A DNA stretch of 57,542 bases, the filler included, from Sphacelaria rigidula (Eukaryota), in the NCBI GenBank assembly GCA_964200075.2. It is 8 parts of 8 records of this genome, joined end to end, with 100 filler letters (N's around TTAATTAATTAA, not from the genome) between each part and the next. Parts side by side here need not be neighbours in the genome. Positions count along the whole stretch, not along the records: positions 1 to 7,106 come from CAXNAA020016455.1; positions 7,207 to 14,312 come from CAXNAA020016456.1; 6 more parts are not named here. One strand, given 5' to 3'. The translations under genes were made by a program, and so were the position numbers. The notes beneath the pieces were generated by a model. It saw only the letters and a list, made by a program, of their open reading frames with translations. It did no database searches and was not told where the DNA came from. The stretch's first letter is position 1, and every line of letters begins with the position of its first letter. Of the stretch, positions 1-11,697 are shown in pieces.

Positions 1-3000
1 ATCCACGGCAAATGGCGTTTTCCTCGCCTTCTTCCCGCGGGGGGGGGGGGGCAAGGACAGACAGCGTAGCCGTCGGGATTCAGATGGTGTGGATGGCACT
101 GTCACGGGCTTATCTCACGACGAAATATATTGAGAATCAGTTGCTTTCACCGCAGAACTCAGAGGTGAGCAGTGAAATTTAGTGTGCAAAATCAACAGGA
201 TATGGAAAATAGCTGCCTGCGGGGTCCCAAATTTACTTCTTGGCGATTTAACGGCCTTTCACTAAAACCTTGAAACTGATGATTGTCCTCAAGTCATGAA
301 CGGAACACGTTGGGACCCCATTTACGGCCTTTCCTCATACCATGTTTTTTGTCCATACCAAATTCCACAATCCGACTCGAGGTGAAGCATTGCGAATTCG
401 CCTTTTCAGAACTGGGCGGGCGAAAGTTCGGAACAGTAGTTTGCAGGTGGTTTGTCGGCCCACGTGTCGAGTTTGTGTTTTGAACTTTTGTGCGCGACCT
501 TGATAGGTGATGATGAACAGAGACAAACGGATCACGTCGGTATTGATTTTTTCCCGCTGGTTTTGAGCGTTTTAGCAAGATGACGACCTTATGTTGACGA
601 GTTCGCCCGAACCCCTCACCAAAAAGATTTCAAGGCCGTTTTATTTTTATTTAGCAAACCTCGGTCATTCTCCACGCGAAGTTCAAAAGCTCAACTTCAA
701 GAATCGAGCTGAAAATTGAGATAAGACCGAACGGCAATGTTCACTTTTCCTTAAAATTCCCCTAGAACACGGAGAGAAATGCAAAAACGACAAAAACAAA
801 AATATCTCTATTTTTGTTCAATGACACAATGCACTAGCGGTCCTCCATACCAAATCTCATAGGACAACTCTCAAAAAGTGAGACGCGTGATCCGTATTTC
901 AGGGCATCTAGTGCCTCTGTTCGTAAAATGTCGGTTGTAGTACGGTAACGCATATGCGCCATATCTCGATATAGATTACGCATTGGGTGAAGATGAGCGC
1001 ATCTGTCGTCTCCCCGTACTCAAGGGAAGATCCGCACGAAAAATCGTCATCATCCGCAGCATGCATCGTTCGGGGTCTCGGGTAGATTTTCGTGTGGACG
1101 CCATCTCCGTATGGTGTAAAAGAATTCACTAGACATTGGGTTTAATCGAAGATAAAAAACTGGCCCAGAATTTTGCACAAACGGGCACCTACCTGCCCCT
1201 TCATTATACGAGTAGTACGATATGGGGATGATGGTCCGAGTCGTTCGTGTCGATGGGATATTGCTTTGAGAGCTTAAATCCATTTTTACGTTGGCCCAGC
1301 TCGTGCCTTCGTCGGTTTTGGAGTACGGGATGCTTGCAATTATTCCGAATAATGGCGCGACGACAATGTGAACCGTCCGTCCTCGTATCCACGATGGGGA
1401 GTGGATTTCGCTTGTCGCACGCAGGACCAAAACAGCTGAATGGTGGAACACCCATGGTTCGGAACATAAAAATTGGCATGAGGCGGGGCAGAAAAATCCC
1501 GAAATATCAACCTAGGTAACGCAGGCGCGGAGGGCATGCATTTAATCTGCTCATGCTCGCGCGATCGCCGACGGAGTACACACGGAATGTACATCGCCAG
1601 ATCCACGGCGGAACGGCAACCTGCATATGGACAAATGTACGAGATCCACTCATTACCGCCGCCTTTGCGTCGGTAGGTCGAGGCTGCCGCCGCAGGCGCA
1701 AGGGATTACGGTACCACATCACGAAACGATCAAGAGATCTCGTGTCCACAATGCAATAGGAAACACATTCGTAGCCCACGCGTGGTGGTGGACTCTGCCC
1801 AGACCCCGTCGTGTCTAAACGTACTTCCCGGCAAATATGCGTGCTCTATCACAAGTTGCCACCACTATTGCCGACCCGTGAGGACCGGGATGTGCTGTCA
1901 GGTCTGATCCAATCTATCGCTCGGGGCCCAATCACATGGCCGACACCGTCCCGTGCCGGAGATCGTAGCTGCATTTTTCTCTCGGCAGCGTTCACGGGCA
2001 ACACCGACGTCGCTGTCGTCCCTGCGAGATCCACAAGGAAGTCAATATTTCCCCGTTTAGGGTCCGCACGCGACGAATTACGTCGCTGTCCCCCATGAAA
2101 CGCACGCGCCACGTCGGCATTGCTCCCCGCCGACATCGCCTGCTCCCTCGTCGGGTTCCAATGTGAACCCACCCCGCCTCGGATGTGCGCAAGACGGTGC
2201 TCAAGGATATCCTGTATGTCACACAGAAAAAGGAAACATATCGGATGATTAGACGAAAGAAAAAAAAAAACGATCCCCGCATGCATGCACTCACAAGCAT
2301 CGGGAAGCATGGGACAAGACCATGCTGACGAACACATCGTGCCGCCTACTCCCAACCTGACTGAATACCCGAGGGTGAAGAAAGCGCTGCTCATGCCTGC
2401 TGCGGCTACAGCAGCGATCACCAGTTACAAGCAAGGCCGGGAAGGACCATGCAAATTACCGGTGGTCACGTATCGAACGTATCATGGCCAAGCTGATACA
2501 CTTTCCTCCGTAGTACAGGGTAGCACGCTCTTGCGCCCGAACCTGCAACTGCAGTCGGTCGCCTACGCTCTGCCCGGCAGAGTCTCCACAAAACAAAACA
2601 AGATTCTAGGCAAGTGCCGACAACTTAACACTAACCATAACCTGAGGGATCGGCGAGGAGGATTAAGATCTGCTCACTACAGCACGGGATGTTTCACCAA
2701 ACAGTGCTTATGTTGACAGCATGATCTCGCCCAAATTTTCGCCCTCTACTTCAACCATCACCCGCCACCGACAGTCTGTACTAAGCGGAGGGTTCGCGCC
2801 GCAGAGGTTGAGAAAAAAAATTCACCGCCGGTGTGCGAAAATGAAGACAGCGGAGCACGCATGCTACCAAAGGGTGGGACTGCAAAGTACAAGCCCACTT
2901 GCCTGTTCCTGAGATGCTACAAATCCACAATACTTCAACGCTTCCCCCCGCCGACCCCGTTTGTGGTCCGGCTCGGCCTTCTCGGCACTCGTAGAGGGTG

Positions 3001-3163
3001 TCGGCCGCCCGTGGGCGGCGCCAGGTGCTGAACCATCGCGCGGAGTGTCGAGTGCAGACATGCAGACACCACGGCGGATTCCTTCGCGCAGGCTGACGAA
3101 TTCGACGGACGTGGCGTACAAACGGAGGATTACACACTAGCCAGGCTCGGGCGGCACAGGGCC

Positions 3164-3189
3164 TGTGACGAAAATACGCCGGCGTCACA
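3164..3189 (+). mobile_element. 26-bp collapsed solo-LTR remnant with 4-bp TSD (GGCC)
   Basis: TGTGACGAAAATACGCC matches the start of the LTR at 5297, and GGCGTCACA matches its end at 5560-5568. GGCC lies immediately on both sides. Confidence 0.7.
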
Positions 3190-3339
3190 GGCCTCTGCAA
3201 ACTCGGGCCGCGGGTAACTTGTAACGTTTACGGCGCCGTGTGGTGAGGACATGCGTAGGATGCTACAAGCAGAGTCGGCGATGGTGCGGTCCGCATTTGA
3301 TGCGTCCGGTTGGTCGAACGACGCCGAATGACACCGGAC

Positions 3340-3580
3340 ACGGCAGTACAGTGCAGTACAGTAGGGTGGAGTACGGTAAAATACGGTAGAGTAGAGTAGA
3401 GTAGAGTACAGTACAGTACAGTACAGTACAGTAGAGCAGAGTAGAGCAGAGTAGAGTAGAGTAGAGTAGAGTACGGTACAGTGTACTAAACTACAGTACT
3501 GTAGTGTACTTACTGTACTGTACAGTACAAGTACTGTGCTGTACAAAACAGTCCAGTAAGGTGCCGTACAGTACTGTATA
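3340..3580. repeat. (AGTAC/AGTAG)n pentanucleotide microsatellite, degenerate at the edges
   Basis: Tandem agtac/agtag/agcag units are directly visible. Confidence 0.95.
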
Positions 3581-4353
3581 AACGGACATGTCGGCCCCAA
3601 CAAATACAAATGATGCGCGATACAGCAAGCACACATACTTGACGATACTCAGTCCACTAGCCCATCAAGTGTGAAAAAATGATGCCGTCGCTATTCAGCA
3701 CGATTGTACGCCGCGAAGGGGCGACACTTCTCTCATGTGCGAACAAGAGAAAACGGGGTCTCGTTTCACCGTCTGGCAGGGCCGTGGATCATGCGGCAAG
3801 ATTCTGGATGGGTTGAGGCCAAGCTTACGCGCCGTTCTCGACACTGCACTGGTCGATTGACCCCAAATTTTGCATAGCGCCGGGCAACTATATGATAGAC
3901 GCGACGACGCAGGCGCTGCAGGGGATACATCAAAGGGTCTCGGACGCACTCGTTTCTTGGCGAGGGCATGCGGGTGCCGACTGCTGCCTGTAAAGTGCAC
4001 ACCTGCCACTGGGAACATCGACCTTGCCACTCACCGGATGAAACGAGGAGATTCCACTTGCTCAGATGCTCGCACACGTAGTGAAGATGGCTCTCCTCAC
4101 TCCTTGTGGTCCTTTGTCGGCTGTAACTACTGTGCTGGCGGCTGCAGTGGGTGACACCCATCGGCCGAACTGTTGCTCATGCCCCGTACAATTTGTCATG
4201 CTCTAGCTCCAAAAACGCGTGTACGTCTAGTCATAGATGATGACGAAAAACGACACAAGTACTCACCCTATGCTAGAGTCATACCCCTTGGTTCCTTCCA
4301 TGTTCACAGTGATTGGCCGCAGGTTGCCCCGTCAGCGATCGACCAGCATCCGG

Positions 4354-5130
4354 TTTGAAGACGCATAGATTTTCTCCTCGTCCTTACCCGCTCTGTCCCG
4401 ATGACTTTCGATGTCGGCCACGCTCTCACACACATATTTATGTACACGAGCGCACAGTAGCGACAGCCTGTAGCTAAAGTAGCAACAAAATCTCACGCAT
4501 TGCCAAACGTGCCCGAACCACTGGTAGGTACTCGAGGCACACGAGACGGAACATGATCCCCCCATAAATGTAATCATGTTAACTATGTTTTCGTGAGATC
4601 GAGAGTAGAGCGTTGATTGAAAGTGGGTTTTATCATTCGCTCTAGCTTGACCAATTTTTCATAATGTGTGCACGTTTCACTGCCCGTAACACTGGCGTGT
4701 GCTACAACTACACTTCGATATCCTGCTCAGGGATATTGAGGGCTTCAGTGGCAAGCTACAGCAGGAAGCGTATCGGGCCTGGTGTAGGGGCATTTCGGAA
4801 GTGAAACATTTCATTCACTAATTGACCGCTCCTCACTTTCAATCGCGTATCCTCTACTCTCCATTTTCACGAAGACTTGTTGTAAGTGATGAGCTTAGGG
4901 AGGGCGGTTTGTCCGTCATCTCATCAGCGGCCTTCATGCCAACGACCTCATTTCACGGCAGCTGGCCGAAACCGCCAACGCCACGGCAACAAACGAGGGG
5001 ACAGCAGCCTGGGTGTTCCCCCGCGCTTCGCCCCCCCTACCAAACTTTCGATGTTGGGGCCTACGTGTCCCGAAATCTTTTCCGCATAACCCCCTTGTAC
5101 CGGACACAATTTTCGAAAGAAAAGAAAACA
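4354..5130 (+). repeat. Interspersed repeat family A, copy 1 (interrupted by a MITE)
   Basis: 4354-4568 and 4885-5130 align colinearly with 49080-49275 and 49288-49515 on another scaffold (e.g. CCCGCTCTGTCCCGATG, GTAGCGACAGCCTG, GGGGACAGCAG.CTGGGTGT). Confidence 0.85.
4579..4883. mobile_element. MITE with ~45-bp imperfect terminal inverted repeats
   Basis: Left end GTTTTCGTGAGATCGAGAGTAGAG..ATTGAAAGTG is inverted to right end CACTTTCAAT..CTCTACTCTCCATTTTCACGAAGAC. The segment is absent from the family A copy at ~49276-49288. A second partial copy lies at 21618-21787. Ends are approximate. Confidence 0.75.
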
Positions 5131-5296
5131 CCATCAATCAACAATGTTGAACGAGTGACGGGTTAATACCTGCCGTTGGGCGTCCTTGGAGTTTATAGTC
5201 CCCCAGTAATACTTTTTCTTCTTCGATATTTTTTCTCGACCCTCAACTGATCTGGATTATTACGGCGTGTCGTAGCACACACACTATTCCACGATC

Positions 5297-5568
5297 TGTG
5301 ACGAAAATATGCCGTTACGTTGACTTGGTAGTGATGATCTGATCTGGATAATGACTGGGGGCACGGGGGTTCTGGGAGAATTTTGGGAGAATTCTGTATA
5401 ATGACCGGGACACGGGGATGATCCCCGGCGTCTCTCAAAGGATGGTGCCTGGTAGGGCACTCCTGATAATAAGAGATGTTGTAAAGGCTGACAACTGAAA
5501 CTGAGGCCAGTGAGACTGGGGAGTCCCTCAACAGCAGTGATCCACCAGTCCTTCTAGCTGGCGTCACA
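5297..5568 (+). mobile_element. LTR (solo-like, 272 bp)
   Basis: TG...CA ends with 7-bp inverted termini TGTGACG...CGTCACA. The first ~60 bp recur at 6818 and the termini recur at 3164. No clean TSD. Confidence 0.7.
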
Positions 5569-5869
5569 ATGTCGATACTAGTGTGTGCTACTGTTAGTGC
5601 TAGAAATAGTACCTAGCAAAACCTACTGGAAGGATTTCAGCGGAGAGTCTGGCGGCTGGGGACAACCTGAAAAACCACGGAAGCGTGGAGTGGGTTCCAG
5701 CTGAGGTAGCTGCAGAAAGGCGGCTGGCCTGTGGTTGATCCAGACTGGAGACTTGCTGAAGCTGCGTGCAGCGGGAGTCTGGAGGCTCCTTCAACTGTGT
5801 GGTGCGGCGACGAAGCAAGGAAGTGTGCGATTCGCGAAGGTCCGCTGGCCTGCAAAAGGTTCGCCGGTA

Positions 5870-6520
5870 GTTGGTTGCAGCTCTGGCGACCGTCTCTCGT
5901 GGTACGTCCAGCGTACCTCCCCAATACGGGGATAGGTACGCAAAGAGTGCATCTCGCACCCTCCATACGAAGTGCTTGGAGTACAAGAAGCGTGTGGAGC
6001 ACTCTAACGCAGGGGGTGCTGTGCGGCATCAGGTGGTGTCAATGGCTCAACAAGTGTCAACTCATGTGCAGAGTGTTTGATCGTTTGAGACAGAATGAGA
6101 GCACAATCGCCCCGCCACAATTGGTTGCGGCGATCAAAAAGCATGCTGGGCATGCGGCGGGCGCCGAGGTGGAGCTGACCCACGCGTCCCCGGCGTGGTG
6201 AAAGCGGTCGCCATGGATTCTAGGGGAAAGACGGTCTTGGAGCGGGTGGAGCCCATCCGGTCAACTTCGAAGCAGTACTTCACGGAAACCCCGAACGTTG
6301 AACTGGGATATCGTCCGATTGTGAGTTCATTCCCGGCCTGGCTGCACCAATCACTAAGGCTTTGGTGAAGGGGTTGGCGCCGGAAACATTCAAGCAAGCC
6401 GTGCTTGTCAAGCTGCAGCACGAAAATAATTGGAAGGCAGACCCTTACCTAGTGATGGACACCGTCGTGGCCGAGGCCAAGGAGTGGCGGAAAATAGAGG
6501 TGTTCGGCCAGTCGTCCATC
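5870..6520 (+). pseudogene. Degenerate gag-like fragments of an LTR retrotransposon (probably Ty3/gypsy)
   Basis: Frameshifted helical ORF pieces (CLEYKKRVEHSNAGG; LVKGLAPETFKQAVLVKLQHENNWKADPYLVMDTVVAEAKEWRKIE) lie between LTR sequences. No pol. The family call is from general resemblance only. Confidence 0.45.
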
Positions 6521-6817
6521 TCCTCGCTAAAATCTTTGCGCAACTACTGCTGGAAATCAGTCGGCCTCGCCGCGAGTATTACTCGCCACCGCTGTGACCA
6601 GGTCGGGCAGTATGCGTACGTGGGAGCCTTTTAAGAATATTTGTGAGGCTGCCCCGGAATTTCTTACGAAGGAGTTGCGTAAATCGCGCGTGACTCGTGC
6701 CGTTGCTTCTCGCATTTCAAGTGAGTTTGGTATTCAGTTGTGACTTACTCATCGTTCTGGCGTTTTCTATGTGTCAAGCTTGTTAATCGATCTTTGTCCA
6801 ACGCGCTTTGTGGGTGC

Positions 6818-7106
6818 TGTGGCGGAAATACGCCGTGACGTTGACTTGGTAGTGATGTGATGGTATATGACTGAGGGATTGAATTGAAACTAGTCTCCTT
6901 GTGGATATGCAGATAGTCCCCAGAAACGACCAGCGGGTATGGAAGGATTCTAGTCGAATGTATGTTTATATTACTGCCGCCGTGTGTTGAGTTGGGTGTA
7001 TTCAGTATGAATACGAGGTTTGTGTTGGCGGATGACGAATTATAAGGGATGTACTCTGGCGTATGCCGAAGTTGATATAAGATATAAGGGATCGCGTGTC
7101 CAAGGC
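6818..7106 (+). mobile_element. LTR of a related subfamily, truncated by the scaffold end
   Basis: Starts TGTGGCGGAAATACGCCGTGACGTTGACTTGGTAGTGATG, near-identical to the start of the 5297 LTR, then diverges. Confidence 0.65.
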
Positions 7107-7206
7107 NNNNNNNNNNNNNNNNNNNNNNNNNNNNNNNNNNNNNNNNNNNNTTAATTAATTAANNNNNNNNNNNNNNNNNNNNNNNNNNNNNNNNNNNNNN
7201 NNNNNN
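7107..7206. other. Artificial scaffold spacer (also 14313-14412, 21518-21617, 28723-28822, 35928-36027, 43133-43232, 50338-50437)
   Basis: An identical 44N-TTAATTAATTAA-44N linker (stops in all six frames) recurs every ~7205 bp. Confidence 0.99.
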
Positions 7207-9016
7207 GTTGCTCTATTATTTGGTATCGCCACTTCCAGAGACAGCCACGGCTTTTACACTGCCTCATGGGTGGATGACTGGGGGTGGGTGGGTGGGTTGG
7301 GGGGGGCAAACTCAGAGTGAAATGAAGAAGAATAGAGGAAGAGTTGAGAAGAAGGAGAAGGGAAAAGAAGAACGCTACAAACGGTAGGCTAACATAAGAT
7401 GTGGTACCGATTCTGAAAAAGAACGACAGACCCCTGCCAGGGCTTTGGGTACGAAGGACCTACAAGAAGCAATGGGTAGAAGCAGTCTGTGTGACTCAAC
7501 TTCCTGAGAACCGCGCGCGATTTGGGGCAGCAAGTCTCACCCGCCAAGTTTGCGGGAGACACACACACTAACTAGACACGGCTCAGAGTGAAAAAAAAAA
7601 GAAGGGAATATTACGAAAAGAGACAAAAGGGAACAAGGAGAAAACAGAGAACAGAAGGCGATGAATGATTTGGAAAATAAAGGGGAAAATGGAACGAATA
7701 TAGAAACAGCATGAGCAGGAAACGGAGAGGTACTGAACATCACTGGGTTTGCATGCCATGCATAAAAGGCAATAACCGACAGGGTACGGCAAGAAGTATC
7801 AGAGTCCGTGCTCCTGCCCGTTCCGCCCCGGTATCCCTACAGTAGTTGGGAGCAGCAGGCTATATTCTCAAGCATTTCCTGTGTTGAATTCCTCACAGGT
7901 TGTTACTGCTGTTGTGTGCCAGCGGCGAGAGCACTTCCGATTGCGGATCTCGACGCAATAGTCAGCGTAAGTCGGGTTAGCGAATGCCTACGTATCGCTA
8001 CGCCTCCGCGAATCCCTTCGCTCCCGTCTCGACCCCCTACATGTCATCTGCTCACGTTCTCAGCAGCAGTGACCCAATCTGGCAGGTCTTGATGACAATA
8101 CCGTAGACAAACCACGTCTTTCGTTCTCCCTTTCGTGAGATAGCCCCTGAGGCACGCAGATTTTCTCGGAGGTAGTTAGTTTCCCCGGTGTTTTGCTGAT
8201 CGGCCAACCTCCTTGAGTTATTGCGCAGCCAACCGTCCGAACATGATGTGCTCCGGCAGATGGATCTCCTGCTGCCGGACGGGTCCCACCGCGAATGAAA
8301 TTTTGACTCTTGCGGGTTGTGCCTCAGTAGATTTGGGTTTGGTCATCTCGAGCACAGCTCTGTGTAAAAGAGTCGTATGTCAACTGCAATCGTTCCTGCG
8401 AAAGTCCACTGCTCGCGTTTCAAGCGTGCGGTTGGCAATAGGCTCTCGAGGTCCTTTGAGCGCAGCGCCCTCGTAGAGAAGCATGTTTGAGCAGCATAAC
8501 TTTCACCACATCTGCTCTGAGCAACCAAATACTGAGCGGAGGCTACCGTAGCAGCCATTCGTCCGATATTTAAGTTAGGTACTGTGCTTTCGGTGACGCG
8601 TCCACACAGTGCTGATTTGGTGCGTTATTTTTTATGGAAACGCTAGCGTGTTCGCTGGTAGCACCTCCAAGGTACACTGACCCGGTCGTCTGCTTGCACC
8701 GTCGACCTGCCGGCTTGATTGCAGTGCGGTCTCTGGGAAGCTGGGTACTGACCATAGACGCATTGCTTCCGTTGTTTTCTTCTCCATCATTAACAATGCT
8801 AAGAATGACGCTCTCGAATAATTCAGCCACCACACAATGGCCTGTCTGTCCAGCCGTCCGGCTGTCGTTTTCCACGCTCTCCAAACGGGGTTTCTCGTAA
8901 ACTTTATATCAGCGTGGATGGTAACGTCTTCCCCCTCCTCCCCTGACCTCGCACCTTTCCCCATTTTTTTGGGGCGATTTTATCTCACGGTTGGGTCTCA
9001 AATGTTGAAAATTTAG

Positions 9017-10861
9017 CTCCTGAAGGTCGGGGCAAGCGTGGTCCGATGCGTGCGGGCAGCGCAGCGATACGGTCCGGTGATTATTGTGACGGAGTCAAAC
9101 GAGAAGTGGGTCCGATGCACCGCCGAGCTCGTTTTTCCAGGGGCGGCCGCGGAGTGCCTGAGACAAGTGGAGGTGTTGAGCTCGAAAGAGCGATTCGCAC
9201 AGGAGTTTCCAGGAGAACCCGGATGTTGGCAAATTGCCGCTTTCAGCTATGTTACGAACCGGCACCTTCTCGGAACTGAGATTCCGGCCGGCGGAGCGGG
9301 CGCGGGTGCACGTGCAGATGCAGATGCAGATGGCGTCCGGTCAAGCGCGGCACACACACAGAAGAAGGGCGGCGGCGGCGGCGGTGGTGGTGCAAATGAA
9401 ATAATAGTAGCAGACGCAACGGCGCAGCACGACGGGGTTCGGCTCAGAGATGCTGCCGCCGATGGCGAGATGTTGGTAGAGGCGAGAGTGACCGGGGGTA
9501 CGCGTGGTGGTGGAAGAGCTGGAACTGACGGTAATGGTGCTGTTGTAAGGCGACGACGTCGCAAGGTTGCAGCGGCAGCGACGGATGAGAATATTGGCAT
9601 GCTGGTGGCGATATCGACGTCGTCGAGGGCGAAGGAGGACAAGTTAGCGATGCGCACTCTACGCGATCACCATCCGAAGGTCGTGGGCAAGACCGTGGCG
9701 CTCATCAAGAGACCCACGGCGAAGGAACTGAGAGGTCAGCTGGATTTGCTATCGAGCAGCTTCGCCTCATTGTTCGGACACCCGAGCACAAGCGCCCGCC
9801 CACGCATACGCGCCTCTTCAGACGCTGAGGGAAAGATGCCGGCTGCTACAAAATATAGTACTGTGCCAGTGGCAGCGGCTAGGACGACAACGACGACGAC
9901 TGCAACAGCAGCAACAACACCAACAATGACGCCAACAGCAGCGACAAGTGCGAGTACTGCGGCTGCCAAACAAGAAACATCGGAGGAGAGGAGCAGCCGA
10001 CCAGTAACGACAAAACATCCCAGTGGTGTAGCGACCGTGGGTAGCTGCAATGGTGATAGCTGTCGTGGCGGCGCGTCGCCCGCTAGCAGTAGTGCTACCA
10101 CACCTGCGACCACCCCGCCAGCCGGTTGGGAGCGTGGCAACGCCGCCGCAGCCGACGGTGGCGCCGGTAGCGGTGCTGCCCCCCCCGCCTTATCTCCGGC
10201 ATTTCTCTCCGTAGGATCTGGCCACGCTCCTCCCCTGAACACCCTCCAGCTTGACCACCACTGCCATCCCAACCAACACCGCACAAGAAATACAAGCGGT
10301 GGTGATCCCAACACGAACCACGTCATGGCCCGTAAGCCTATCGAGCGTTGCGACACCAGCGGAACCAACACCACTGACACTAACACCGTCGAAACATCCC
10401 ACAACGTAGATGCAGATGGGGAGTTTGTCTCGTGGGCGGAGACACCTCACGGCAGTAGCCATTGGTATCCCTCCATTGGTAGTCCAGGCGACGTCACGAC
10501 GGCCTACAGTAGCACCTTCGGCGCCTTCGGCGCTTTCGGCAACGGCGTTGCTTTCAGTAGTGGCGGCGGTTGCTGTGAGATGAGGTATCTTCGGATGCTC
10601 AGCACTAGCACAGGTCTCAGCGACACGGGGGACGGGGACGATCTGGATAGCGACGACGTCAGTGACGACTGTGAAACAGACGAATGCCAAAGTGACGAGG
10701 AGGAATATCGTGGAGAAGCAGAACCGAAGGCGACCGCGAAGCAAAGAACTGCCAGAAGTCAAAACCCTGGAACGAATATTGTCGCCTCGGGGGAAACATG
10801 GGGAAATGGGGATGCAGAGGCTGCGTCTGCTTCTAACATCGGTGCACCACCCTTTGGGTGA
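9017..10861 (+). CDS. Large terminal exon of a divergent HAD-like domain protein (stramenopile/alveolate family resembling the Plasmodium HAD domain ookinete protein) with a long Ala/Thr/Ser/Gly/Asp-rich tail; 5' exons not identified
   Basis: Open frame of 614 codons starts in phase right after the TTTAG acceptor (9012-9016). Motifs GPVIIVTESNEKWV..VEVLSSKERFAQEFPGEPGCWQIAAF and KTVALIKRPTAKELRGQLDLL parallel the recalled family pattern V.IITNA..GWV..V.SAR..F...P..WK..AF / KSVKF..RP..EQL..QL. Confidence 0.7.
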   Translation, partial: LLKVGASVVRCVRAAQRYGPVIIVTESNEKWVRCTAELVFPGAAAECLRQVEVLSSKERFAQEFPGEPGCWQIAAFSYVTNRHLLGTEIPAGGAGAGARADADADGVRSSAAHTQKKGGGGGGGGANEIIVADATAQHDGVRLRDAAADGEMLVEARVTGGTRGGGRAGTDGNGAVVRRRRRKVAAAATDENIGMLVAISTSSRAKEDKLAMRTLRDHHPKVVGKTVALIKRPTAKELRGQLDLLSSSFASLFGHPSTSARPRIRASSDAEGKMPAATKYSTVPVAAARTTTTTTATAATTPTMTPTAATSASTAAAKQETSEERSSRPVTTKHPSGVATVGSCNGDSCRGGASPASSSATTPATTPPAGWERGNAAAADGGAGSGAAPPALSPAFLSVGSGHAPPLNTLQLDHHCHPNQHRTRNTSGGDPNTNHVMARKPIERCDTSGTNTTDTNTVETSHNVDADGEFVSWAETPHGSSHWYPSIGSPGDVTTAYSSTFGAFGAFGNGVAFSSGGGCCEMRYLRMLSTSTGLSDTGDGDDLDSDDVSDDCETDECQSDEEEYRGEAEPKATAKQRTARSQNPGTNIVASGETWGNGDAEAASASNIGAPPFG

Positions 10862-11656
10862 GGCCCAATTTGTGTCGCAGGCGGAGAATCGGGGGCGGCG
10901 ACGGGGGGGGGGGGATCCGAAGGTACATGAAAGGGCTCTTAAGTGTGGTACTCCTTGTGAGGTCGTGCCGGCTCAAGGGCTTAGCGCCGCGGGCAGCGGT
11001 GCTTGGTTTCTCGCCGAGCTGATGGTGCGCGCATAGGGTGTGGAAGACATGTTCTGCAGCATGCACACTGGAGAGAGGGGGTAGGACGGAAAGGGGGCTG
11101 TTGTCACGTCCATAGCGCGTGAAGGTTGCAATCGCCAGCAAAAGGTTGAGATGAGCTATCGTGTCATGTGCATGTGAGCGTGTGGCAGTTGTTCCCAACG
11201 TTGAATCGTTAGGAATTTGTATGGATGTGTGGTGAACCTTTATTCAAGGTTGAGAAAACGTATGGATAGGCCCATGCCTCCACACTGCGTTGTATCTCAC
11301 CACTTATTTGTTAGTCTCATTATTGGTGTACTCGAAGTGGGTTTGTCCCGCCAGTCGTTTTTTTTCTTTTCTTTCACTCGTTTTTTTTTCTTGTTCCGAT
11401 CTTTTAGCTCCGCGTCTGTCTGTGTTTACGTGGTCGTCTGTGAGTAGTTATATGTGGTCTGTTTCGCTGTTTTGACGGTGTGTGCCAAGCCTAAGTGCTC
11501 TGTCTTTGTTGCTGCCTGTTTCGATTGGAATGACCAAGTCCCTTATTTTCGTGAGTTTGTGCGAATGGTTTGTGTGGTGATGAACTAGTGATGAGAAAAT
11601 TGAACCATGAATGTTGTTCGTTCGGTATACGCCGCACTCCGGACGCTGTGAAGCTA

Positions 11657-11697
11657 TGAATATATACATACATATATATATATACAAATACATATTT
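11657..11697. repeat. (TA/CA)n microsatellite
   Basis: tatatacatacatatatatatataca is visible. Confidence 0.85.

Noticed and set aside
3130-3636. 168-aa Tyr/Cys/Ser/Thr-rich ORF
   Set aside because: Translation of the (AGTAC)n microsatellite.
7151-7162. Recurrent TTAATTAATTAA motif
   Set aside because: Artificial six-frame-stop linker inside the N spacers.
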